From the NCBI GenBank assembly GCA_040882355.1, contig JBBEBM010000067.1:44835-64834 (forward strand): DNA of 20,000 nt, read 5' to 3'. This stretch comes from Dehalococcoidia bacterium (GTDB taxonomy: Bacteria > Chloroflexota > Dehalococcoidia > DSTF01 > RBG-16-68-14). Positions 9,541 through 16,774 of this stretch are shown one piece after another. Position numbers and translations under genes: made by a program. Below the pieces are notes generated by a model that searched no databases, had not been told where the DNA came from, and worked only from the letters and a program-made list of their open reading frames with translations. Each line of letters begins with the position of its first letter. The first letter of the stretch is position 1.

Positions 9541-10203
9541 CTACTTCCGCGAAGGGAAGACGCCGGTTACGCGAACGTGCTCCGGTGTGTACGGCAGCAA
9601 CGCCAGGTGACGCGCGCGCTTCAGTGCCACGCTCAGCCAGCGCTGGTGCTTCGCGCAGGTGCCGGTCTTCCGCCTGGGCTCGATGCGGGCGCGGTCGGAC
9701 AGATACCGGCGCAGCTTGACGGGGTCCTTGTAATCGACGGCCTTGGCCTTTTCGACGCAGAAGCCACAGACCTTGCGCCGTCCGAAGCGACCTCCGCCAC
9801 CGCCGCCCCTGCGACGATCACCGTCGCGGCCCGGCCGCTCGGGCCGTCCTCCGCCTGACGGGCGCCCGCGGGGTCGCTCACCTACGGGGGGCGCGGTCCC
9901 TTCAACGGGAGCCCGGCTTTCCGTAGACGGAGCCTCCGCCGGCGTTGCCGGCCCGGCAGCGGGCGAAGCCTCCGCAGCGGCAGAGGGAGTCTCCTCCGCA
10001 ACCGGCGCTTCGGCGACCGGCGGAGGCGCGCCTTCCGCGGCTACAGGTTCGGCCCCTGCCGGCGGAGCAGGCTGCTCCGCATCCGTTGGCCCGGCCTCAG
10101 GCGCCGGTGGCGCGCTGTCGGCGGGAGGCGGGGCGGCGGGCTCGGCGTTTGGCACGCCTTCTGTCTCGGTGTCCTTCTGCGTTTCGTCTTCCTCTGGGAT
10201 CAA
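9541..10203 (-). CDS. rpsR: 30S ribosomal protein bS18 with long N-terminal extension
   Basis: Core [35 protein letters not shown], located after rpsF-ssb. TTG start preceded by a GAGGTG SD. Confidence 0.92.
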   Translation of the reverse strand: MIPEEDETQKDTETEGVPNAEPAAPPPADSAPPAPEAGPTDAEQPAPPAGAEPVAAEGAPPPVAEAPVAEETPSAAAEASPAAGPATPAEAPSTESRAPVEGTAPPVGERPRGRPSGGGRPERPGRDGDRRRGGGGGGRFGRRKVCGFCVEKAKAVDYKDPVKLRRYLSDRARIEPRRKTGTCAKHQRWLSVALKRARHLALLPYTPEHVRVTGVFPSRK

Positions 10204-10221
10204 ACGGTTCTCACCTCGCGC

Positions 10222-10626
10222 TTATTGCCCTTGATCGAACGGGATCTCTTCGGGCTCCACAGCTCCGCCGCCCTCTTCTGGCATCGGTGCGGCCTGGGGC
10301 CTATCGAGGAAGAGCACCGTGTTGGCGATGACTTCCGTGCGGTAGCGGCGCTGGCCGTCGGGGCCCTCCCACGATCGGGTCTGCAACCGTCCCTCAACGT
10401 AGGCGCGCCGGCCCTTCTGCAGGAACTGGCTGCACGTCTCAGCCAGCTTGTTCCAGGCGACGACGCTGAACCACTCGGTCTCTTCCTTCCGCTCGCCGTC
10501 CGGGCCTGTGTAGGTCCTGCTGCTGGCGATGCGGAACGAGGTGACGGCGCTCCCGTTCGCGGTATAGCGCATCTCCGGGTCAGACCCGAGGTTGCCGATG
10601 ATCATGACTTTGTTAAGTCCCGCCAT
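10222..10626 (-). CDS. ssb: Single-stranded DNA-binding protein
   Basis: LNKVMIIGNLGSDPEMRYT, ETEWF and VEGRLQTRSW motifs; acidic tail EEIPF followed by DQGQ. Alternative GTG start at 10635. Confidence 0.96.
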   Translation of the reverse strand: MAGLNKVMIIGNLGSDPEMRYTANGSAVTSFRIASSRTYTGPDGERKEETEWFSVVAWNKLAETCSQFLQKGRRAYVEGRLQTRSWEGPDGQRRYRTEVIANTVLFLDRPQAAPMPEEGGGAVEPEEIPFDQGQ

Positions 10627-10696
10627 CGCTGGCACTCTCCTCTCTCCCTGAGCCAGCCTCCCGCCGCCTCGCTGACGGCGGTCAAACGGCTGCCCG

Positions 10697-10987
10697 CTAC
10701 TCGTCCAGGCGGATGAGAAGGTGTCGGATCACCTCCTCAGACAGTAGGAGGCCCTGCTCCAGCTCTTTCATCTGGAGCGGGGCGAGTCGCAACTGAGTCA
10801 CGACGTAGTTGCCTTCGAGCTGCCGCTTGATGGGGTAGGCCAGCTTGCGCCGGCCCCACACGTTCACGTCATCGATCTCGCCACCGCGAGTCTCGATCGG
10901 GCGGCGGACAAGCCGATCGATGGCGCCCGGGACGTCGTCCTCGGCCACCTCTGGGCTGATGATCACTACCAGTTCATACCGCCGCAA
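10697..10987 (-). CDS. rpsF: 30S ribosomal protein bS6
   Basis: MRRYELVVII..WGRRKLAYPIK..GNY..VIRHL; AGGAGGT SD and TTG start. Confidence 0.96.
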   Translation of the reverse strand: MRRYELVVIISPEVAEDDVPGAIDRLVRRPIETRGGEIDDVNVWGRRKLAYPIKRQLEGNYVVTQLRLAPLQMKELEQGLLLSEEVIRHLLIRLDE

Positions 10988-11075
10988 CCGTTACCTCCTG
11001 CGACACAAATGGAAACGAACCCGGCTCGTTCCTCCCTGCCGGGCTCGGGCGCTGTTTCCCAATTCCAGCGCACTC

Positions 11076-11104
11076 AGTATAGGAACGCCGCCACCTTCCG
11101 TCAA
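11076..11104 (-). promoter_or_regulatory. sigma70-type promoter of rpsF-ssb-rpsR
   Basis: TTGACG-N17-TATACT on the minus strand. Confidence 0.75.
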
Positions 11105-11105
11105 C

Positions 11106-12374
11106 CTAACGAACGGGTAGCCCCGGCGCCGGGAACGACCCGCAGAGCTCCCGTACTTCCTCCTGCACCCTCCGGGCGACGTCCTCGTCGTTGGGCGCGG
11201 CGATGACTTCGTCCATCCATGCCGCGATCCGGCGCATCTCGCCCTCCTTCATCCCGCGCGACGTGACCGCGGGCGTGCCGAGCCGGATGCCGCTGGGGTT
11301 GAAGGGTTTGCGGGAATCGTTCGGGATCGCGTTCTTGTTGCAGACGATGCCCGCCCGGTCGAGCGCCTCGGCGGCCTTCTTGCCAAAGACGCCCTTGCTG
11401 GTCAGGTCGATCAGGACGAGGTGGTTGTCGGTGCCGCCGGAGATGAGCGCGAAGCCGCGCTCCAGCAGCTCGCCGGCCAGGGCCTTCGCGTTGCGCACCA
11501 CCTGCTGCGCGTACGCGCGGAACTCGTCCGTCGCCGCTTCGTGCAGGGCGACGCCGATGGCCGCTGTGGTGTGGTTGTGAGGCCCGCCCTGGAGCGCGGG
11601 GAACACCGCCCGGTCAACGGCGGCGGCGTGCTCCTCACGGCAGAGGACCATCGCGCCGCGAGGGCCCCGCAGCGTCTTGTGCGTCGTCGTGGTGACGGCG
11701 TCCGCGTGGGGCACCGGGTCCGGATGGACGCCCGCGACGATCAGGCCCGCGATGTGCGAGACGTCGGCGAGCAGATAGGCGTCCACCTCCCGCGCGATCT
11801 CGCCGAACGCCTGAAAGTCGATCTCGCGCGGGTACGCCGTCGCGCCGCACACGATGATCTTCGGGCGCTCCTTGCGCGCGATCTCGCGCATAAGGTCGTA
11901 ATCGATGAGATGCGTCTCCGGATGAACGCCGTACGCGATCGCGCGGTAGAAGCGCGCCGAGAAGTTGACGTTGGCGCCGTGGGTGAGGTGGCCGCCGTCG
12001 GGCAGGCCCATGCCCAGGATCGTCTCGCCGGGCTGGAGGAGCGCGTAGTAGACGGCCATGTTCGCAGGCGAGCCTGAGTACGGCTGGACGTTCGCGTGTT
12101 CCGCGCCGAAGAGCTGCTTCGCCCGTTCCTGCACCAACGTCTCCAGCCGGTCGACGTTGCGCTGACCCTCGTAGTAGCGCTTGCCCGGGTAGCCTTCCGA
12201 GTACTTGTTGGCGAAGACCGAGGCCGTCGCCTGCAGCACAGCAGCCGAAGCGTAGTTCTCCGACGGGATCAGCCGGACCGACTCCGCCTGATAGCGCTCT
12301 TCGTCCTCGATGAGCTGCGCTATCTCCGGGTCGGTCTTCGCCAGGGCCAGCCTGCTCTGCTCAAGCTCCAGCAT
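11106..12374 (-). CDS. glyA: Serine hydroxymethyltransferase
   Basis: LIPSENY, NKYSEGYPGKRYY, GGHLTHG, TTTTHKTLRGPRG and SGIRLGTPA motifs. Confidence 0.98.
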   Translation of the reverse strand: MLELEQSRLALAKTDPEIAQLIEDEERYQAESVRLIPSENYASAAVLQATASVFANKYSEGYPGKRYYEGQRNVDRLETLVQERAKQLFGAEHANVQPYSGSPANMAVYYALLQPGETILGMGLPDGGHLTHGANVNFSARFYRAIAYGVHPETHLIDYDLMREIARKERPKIIVCGATAYPREIDFQAFGEIAREVDAYLLADVSHIAGLIVAGVHPDPVPHADAVTTTTHKTLRGPRGAMVLCREEHAAAVDRAVFPALQGGPHNHTTAAIGVALHEAATDEFRAYAQQVVRNAKALAGELLERGFALISGGTDNHLVLIDLTSKGVFGKKAAEALDRAGIVCNKNAIPNDSRKPFNPSGIRLGTPAVTSRGMKEGEMRRIAAWMDEVIAAPNDEDVARRVQEEVRELCGSFPAPGLPVR

Positions 12375-12396
12375 GGTGCGCTCCTTCCTGCCCTAG

Positions 12397-12433
12397 AATA
12401 ACGAATGAGCCACGTCCCGGGCGGGCGTGGCTC
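12397..12433 (-). terminator. Leader hairpin/attenuator terminator upstream of glyA
   Basis: GAGCCACG-CCC-gccc-GGG-a-CGTGGCTC stem followed by ATTCGTTATT, an imperfect U tail. Confidence 0.55.
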
Positions 12434-12459
12434 GCGATGCGCGCGCAGTCGCTCCGCCC

Positions 12460-12510
12460 TTACTCTGGACGGTACATTCCTCCGATGGCGATGATGCGGA
12501 TACGGTGCAC
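12460..12510 (-). CDS. Putative glyA leader peptide MHRIRIIAIGGMYRPE
   Basis: GAGGTG SD, GTG start, 16 codons and TAA stop; 4 Ile codons and tandem GGA GGA. It lies between the promoter and the terminator hairpin. Confidence 0.55.
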   Translation of the reverse strand: MHRIRIIAIGGMYRPE

Positions 12511-12531
12511 GCGGTCACCTCTTGCGGAGGC

Positions 12532-12561
12532 AGTCTAACGAAGGGCCGAACGCGCTGTCAA
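12532..12561 (-). promoter_or_regulatory. sigma70-type promoter of the glyA leader
   Basis: TTGACA-N18-TAGACT on the minus strand. Confidence 0.65.
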
Positions 12562-12596
12562 TCCGTCTGATCGAGCGGTAGTGGGTCAGTTTGAAG

Positions 12597-12625
12597 TTGA
12601 CGATGCTTGAGCGGCCTGCTACCGT
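12597..12625 (+). promoter_or_regulatory. Leaderless-type promoter for the small basic protein
   Basis: TTGACG-N17-TACCGT, with ATG 12632 six nt downstream. Confidence 0.55.
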
Positions 12626-12631
12626 CGAGGT

Positions 12632-12850
12632 ATGACGAAGCGCTCCAAGAAGCCCGCCGACGTGAATGCGCTGGCCGCGTCCATCGTGGCTGAGGCGACG
12701 GACGAGGCGGAGCCTGAGCCAGTCAGCCAGCATGCAGAGGCGGGGCGGCTAGGCGGGTTGAAAGGCGGCAAGGCCAGGGCTAAGAAGTTGAGCGCGCAGA
12801 GGCGTTCCGAGATCGCGAAGAAGGCCGCTGCGGCCCGCTGGCGGCGTTAG
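12632..12850 (+). CDS. Small basic KGG-motif protein (IS passenger)
   Basis: KPADVNALAASIV...GRLGGLKGGKARAKKLS..RRSEIAKKAAAARW. I recognise this type as commonly adjacent to such transposases. Confidence 0.8.
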   Translation: MTKRSKKPADVNALAASIVAEATDEAEPEPVSQHAEAGRLGGLKGGKARAKKLSAQRRSEIAKKAAAARWRR

Positions 12851-13157
12851 TGATCGTGCTCGATGGGTCCGGACCGAGCGAAATCTCGCCTATATCCCGT
12901 TCGTAGTCTTGAACCTTCTCCGAGAGTATCTTGGCGAGCGCCTTTGCATGCTGCGGCGATAGTTGAATTCTGCAAATCTCGTGCATCTCAGGTGTGCCCT
13001 TGGCACCGATTCCAATCTGCCCAAGAAGCAGCGTCACATCGAACACCGCAGTCAGAATTCGAATCTGATTGGGGGCATAGGTTGGAGCTTCGGGATTCCC
13101 AATCAAGTCTGGCATCTTGAATTCTTCCTGCTGCGCGGCTCCACGACGTGTCGCCAT
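12780..13157 (-). CDS. DUF3467-like protein
   Basis: Strong AAGGAGGT SD. Pattern Y..N.....FD..L.LGQ....CRIQLSPQHAKALAKILSEKVQDYERDIGEI resembles the DUF3467 SPxHAK..L...YE..GEI signature. Confidence 0.7.
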   Translation of the reverse strand: MATRRGAAQQEEFKMPDLIGNPEAPTYAPNQIRILTAVFDVTLLLGQIGIGAKGTPEMHEICRIQLSPQHAKALAKILSEKVQDYERDIGEISLGPDPSSTITNAASGPQRPSSRSRNASARSTS

Positions 13158-13162
13158 TTGCC

Positions 13163-13711
13163 CTACCTCCTTCCAACCGAGGCCATCTTCATTGGCGTCG
13201 GCGGCCTAGTCTCACCGGTCGCACTCGGCGTCCGGCGACTCGCGTAGTCAGCCAGATAAGTCACGTCTGGTTCAAAGCCCTTTCCCAACCGAAGCTGGCC
13301 TTCGGCCGTGGCGCTGCGCTTGGGCGTCGGCCTATCCTCCGCCTGCATTTTCTTCAAAGCGGTGTCACGCTCGTATCGTGGCACCGATATGTCGATAGCG
13401 CTCATGCGGTCATGAAATTCTGCCAGCCTGCTGAACGGTTCAAAGCGAATTGCCAGAGATACGTCGAATGCGTCCGCAAGCCTCTCTAGCGTCGCCACGC
13501 TGTAGTTTGCGTATCCCGCGAGGTACTTCGAGATGAGGGGTTGCTTGAATTCGGCATGGCGTGCAAGGTCAGTCTGAGACCAACCTTCATGCTCCATCAT
13601 GATTCTGAGCTGAGTCGAGACAATATTACCGATGTCGGCGTGTCGTAGCGCTCGACGAAATTCGAGGCTGTCTAGATTCCTGGCAAGCTCGGCCCGCGTA
13701 CTACTCGACAT
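13163..13711 (-). CDS. Xre/HigA-like HTH antitoxin with long C-terminal tail
   Basis: LRIMMEHEGWSQTDLARHAEFKQPLISKYL..YSVATLERLADAFD is an Xre HTH. ATG 13711 overlaps the toxin gene end; a TTG at 13717 is an alternative start. Confidence 0.82.
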   Translation of the reverse strand: MSSSTRAELARNLDSLEFRRALRHADIGNIVSTQLRIMMEHEGWSQTDLARHAEFKQPLISKYLAGYANYSVATLERLADAFDVSLAIRFEPFSRLAEFHDRMSAIDISVPRYERDTALKKMQAEDRPTPKRSATAEGQLRLGKGFEPDVTYLADYASRRTPSATGETRPPTPMKMASVGRR

Positions 13712-14105
13712 GGGCAACCACCTTGGCTTCTCCTGTAACGATTAGCCTCCTCCTTTCAAGGGCAAGCTCCATGCCTTCCTTCATAGGCGCGTCGGTATCA
13801 TGAATCCAGCCAGCGAGGAAGATGTACGTACCCCTTGCCGTCCCCCGGCAGGCACCAAGCCTATACCTGAGTTTCCTCCGGCCGGGACGCGGCGCAAATG
13901 AGACCTTGAATTCGTGAAGCCCGCGATACCTCCCCCGGAGCGCTTGATACCCGGCTTGGTCTCGCCAGCGGCGTATGGCCAGGTTCTCAAGAAGGCTGAG
14001 CAGGGCGACGAACGAACCGCGAACCCCACCTCCCTGCCCCTGAAGCCACTGCTGTACAACGTTGGTGCCGTCAATCTCACAATCCTTGAACGTCGCGTAC
14101 GCCAC
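13701..14105 (-). CDS. RelE/HigB (Gp49-like) family toxin
   Basis: NVVQQWL..., LRGRYRGLHEFKV...YRL...YIFLAG pattern, in the toxin-before-HTH order typical of higBA. Confidence 0.65.
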   Translation of the reverse strand: MAYATFKDCEIDGTNVVQQWLQGQGGGVRGSFVALLSLLENLAIRRWRDQAGYQALRGRYRGLHEFKVSFAPRPGRRKLRYRLGACRGTARGTYIFLAGWIHDTDAPMKEGMELALERRRLIVTGEAKVVAHVE

Positions 14106-14181
14106 AGCCTATCACATTTTCCTTATTCGTGCCCGGCGGTGAGTGCTATAATGTTTTTCTGATATTGGCTCGCCGAAACCC

Positions 14182-14210
14182 TTGACACAAGAGGTGCGGT
14201 CAAGCATAAT
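14182..14210 (+). promoter_or_regulatory. Transposase promoter (leaderless)
   Basis: TTGACA-N17-CATAAT with ATG 14218 seven nt downstream. It overlaps the inverted repeat CTTGAC-N12-GTCAAG. A second TGcTATAAT lies at 14144-14152. Confidence 0.7.
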
Positions 14211-14217
14211 GGACAGT

Positions 14218-15069
14218 ATGAACAGGCTCAGTCCAGAACGTCGGGCACAGGTGATTCGGGCGCTAGTCGAGGGGAATTCGATTCGCTCCACCTGTCGCAT
14301 GACCGGCGCTGCCAAGGGCACCGTCCTCAAGCTCCTAGCCGACATAGGCGAGGTCTGCCGCGCATACCAGGACGCTCACATGAAGAACCTCTACGCTCGC
14401 CGCGTCCAGTGTGACGAAATCTGGAGCTTCTGTCACGCGAAGGCCAAGAACGTGCCTGAGGAGCACACGGGCGAGTTCGGCTATGGCGACGTGTGGACGT
14501 GGACGGCCATCGACGCCGACTCCAAGCTCGTGCTGTCCTGGGCCATCGGCGGGCGGGACAGCTACACGGCCCTGGCCTTCATGCAGGACGTAGCCCGCCG
14601 TCTGGCGCAACGTGTCCAGCTAACGACGGACGGCCACAAGGTCTACCTAGACGCCGTTGAGCGGGCCTTCGGCTCGAACATCGACTACGCCATGCTGGTG
14701 AAGGTCTACGGTGGTGGTGAGGAGCCTGAGAAGCGCTACAGCCCGGCAACGTGCGTGGGTGCGAACCCCCAGCCTATTCAGGGAAACCCGGACCCAAAGC
14801 ACGTCAGCACGAGCTACGTTGAGCGGCAGAACCTCACCATGCGAATGAGCATGCGCCGGTTCACCCGGCTAACCAACGCCTTCTCCAAGAAGGTTCAGAA
14901 CCTTGGCCACGCCGTAGCGCTCCACTTCATGTCCTACAACTTCTGCCGCCGTCACCAGACACTCGGCATGTCGCCCGCGATGGCAGCGGGCATCGAGGAT
15001 CACGAGTGGACGGTCGATGAGCTTGTGGCGCTGCTCGAAGCGAGCGAGAATCAGGACGGGTCAAACTGA
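14218..15069 (+). CDS. IS1-family DDE transposase (283 aa)
   Basis: N-terminal HTH (LVEGNSIRSTCRMTG); catalytic-type motifs QCDEIW, TTDG and TSYVERQNLTMR. The stop codon lies inside the right TIR. Confidence 0.9.
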   Translation: MNRLSPERRAQVIRALVEGNSIRSTCRMTGAAKGTVLKLLADIGEVCRAYQDAHMKNLYARRVQCDEIWSFCHAKAKNVPEEHTGEFGYGDVWTWTAIDADSKLVLSWAIGGRDSYTALAFMQDVARRLAQRVQLTTDGHKVYLDAVERAFGSNIDYAMLVKVYGGGEEPEKRYSPATCVGANPQPIQGNPDPKHVSTSYVERQNLTMRMSMRRFTRLTNAFSKKVQNLGHAVALHFMSYNFCRRHQTLGMSPAMAAGIEDHEWTVDELVALLEASENQDGSN

Positions 15070-15073
15070 CCCA

Positions 15074-16699
15074 CTACCGGTCGAGCGTATCCGTGCGCTC
15101 ATACAGCAGGAAGAGGCCGTTATCGAGCACGGGGGTATACCCGTCCTCGATGAACCCGCTGAGGGCCGGGAAGTCGTCGCGGAGATACTCGTCCGAGGTC
15201 TGGGTCGTGCCGGTGAGCCAGGGCTGGTTGTCACCCCTGGCGACGGCGAAGAAGCGTGGCGGCGTGGCCTCGAGGTCTTCCATCAGCTCGTCGCGCCACG
15301 ACTGCGGCGACCAGGTCGCGCGCAGGCCCGAGTTGACGATGAAGGGGCTGACGAGCGGGCGGTCCAGCCAGAAGTAGGTCTGCGGCCAGACCCCCCAGAC
15401 GAAGAGCAGGTCATCGTCGTCGCCGCGCTCGCGCGCGTAGTCGACGATCTCATGGTTCGGCGCGTAGAGCGGGTAGTAGTGCGCCTCCACGTCGCGGCGG
15501 CTCAGCGATCCGTCCGCGTAGCTGCCCAACGCGCGATAGTCGTCGTAGGTGTCGAGCAGCGGCTGGAAGGCGAGGACGGCCAGGCCGCCGGCCAGCAGCG
15601 CAGCGGCGCCCCATGCCTGCGCGCGCGGCAGCGGCTGGAACAGCGATACGGACTCGTCGATGGCGTAGCCGGCGAGGAGCGCGAGCGGCGGGAGCGTGGC
15701 CAGCCAGTGGTAGTGAAACATCTTCCCCTGCCACCAGACACCCCCCAGCGCCAGCAGCGCGAGCAGCGCGAGCAGGAAGGCGCCTCGCGCTTTCGCGGGG
15801 CGGTAGGCGGCGAAGAAGAGGGCGGCCCCGGCGGGCACGACGATGAACGCCACGTCTCTGGTCCAGGCGGCCGTGCTGACCAGAAGGAACCGTGCGTGCG
15901 ATCCCTCGGCGCCGCCCCAGCGGAACGCGTTGTACGGCCCCGTATAGTTGCGCTGGACATCGATGAAGTCGTCCAGGACACCGCCGCCGGCCATGTAGGC
16001 GAGCAGCGCGACCGGCACGACCAGGAAGCCAGCAGCCGTGATCGCCAGGCGCCGCGCGCGCCCCCGCAGCGTCCAGCCTTCGGCGCGCCAGAGCAGCTCC
16101 GCCGCCGGCAGGCCCAGGACGAAGAGGACGGCCGTGGTCTTCAGGGCAAACGCGACACCGAGCAGGGCCCCCGCCGAGAACGCCCGCAATGCCACGCGGC
16201 CCCCGTCGCCGCTTCGAGGGTAGAGGAAGAAGGCGAACGCGAGCGGCGCCGCCATGAAGCTCTCCGTCTCGCCCAGGTCCGCGGGCGCCGTCCACGCGAG
16301 ATAGGCGAAGGCGTAGATAGCCGCGGCGAAGACGCCTGCGCGTTCAGAGAAGTAGCGCCGGCCCAAGAAGAACACGCCGGCCATCGCGATGGCGACGTTG
16401 ATCAGGTCCATGACGCGCACCGCCTCCATGTGCTCGCCCGCCAGCGCGAATGGAACGGCGTACAGGAGGTAGATCAACGGCGACTTCTGGTCCCAGAAGT
16501 CGCGGTAGAGCTGGTCGCCGTCCAGGATGGTGCGGGCGCCGAGCGCGAACCAGACCTGATCGGTCGCGAAGGGAATGATCAGGGTGGGGAGACCCAACAC
16601 GAGAAGGAGGGCCAGGCCCGAGAGCGCGTAGACGAGCCAGCGCGGCAGCTCGCGCACGCCTTCCGTGGTCGCCGCCCAGGCGCGAGAGAGCGTCCTCAT
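15074..16699 (-). CDS. GT-C (ArnT/PMT-like) polytopic membrane glycosyltransferase
   Basis: Many TM segments; DQ..F...ARTILDG..LYRDFWDQKSP motif in the first loop; ETE, ALKT and FHYH motifs. Confidence 0.78.
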   Translation of the reverse strand: MRTLSRAWAATTEGVRELPRWLVYALSGLALLLVLGLPTLIIPFATDQVWFALGARTILDGDQLYRDFWDQKSPLIYLLYAVPFALAGEHMEAVRVMDLINVAIAMAGVFFLGRRYFSERAGVFAAAIYAFAYLAWTAPADLGETESFMAAPLAFAFFLYPRSGDGGRVALRAFSAGALLGVAFALKTTAVLFVLGLPAAELLWRAEGWTLRGRARRLAITAAGFLVVPVALLAYMAGGGVLDDFIDVQRNYTGPYNAFRWGGAEGSHARFLLVSTAAWTRDVAFIVVPAGAALFFAAYRPAKARGAFLLALLALLALGGVWWQGKMFHYHWLATLPPLALLAGYAIDESVSLFQPLPRAQAWGAAALLAGGLAVLAFQPLLDTYDDYRALGSYADGSLSRRDVEAHYYPLYAPNHEIVDYARERGDDDDLLFVWGVWPQTYFWLDRPLVSPFIVNSGLRATWSPQSWRDELMEDLEATPPRFFAVARGDNQPWLTGTTQTSDEYLRDDFPALSGFIEDGYTPVLDNGLFLLYERTDTLDR

Positions 16700-16774
16700 C
16701 GCCGGAAATCGCCAGACCCGACCGAAAGTGGAGCCCGCATCGCCGCCAGCATAACAGCGGGTCTTGGGGGGGCG

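Larger units (their letters stand above)
12577..15078 (+). mobile_element. IS1-family element with passenger genes (2,502 bp)
   Basis: Perfect 18-bp terminal inverted repeats (TIRs) GGTAGTGGGTCAGTTTGA at 12577-12594 and 15061-15078. Flanks are GATCGAGC (12569-12576) and GGTCGAGC (15079-15086). It contains a DDE transposase and visibly AT-richer cargo. Confidence 0.92.

Noticed and set aside
8116..9858. Long plus-strand ORFs (580 aa here, 615 aa at 15017-16864, 305 aa at 6328-7245)
   Set aside because: They are antisense shadows of well-supported minus-strand genes, which is expected at high GC.
12410..12530. ZTP (pfl) riboswitch upstream of glyA
   Set aside because: GGAGCGAC and CGCCCGCCCGGG resemble its 3' parts, but the 5' P1 strand and the GACUGGCG junction are absent. 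The uORF/attenuator model fits better. An Infernal scan should still be run.
14182..14217. Transposase start at TTG 14182
   Set aside because: That TTG is the -35 box (TTGACA). The promoter spacing points to ATG 14218.
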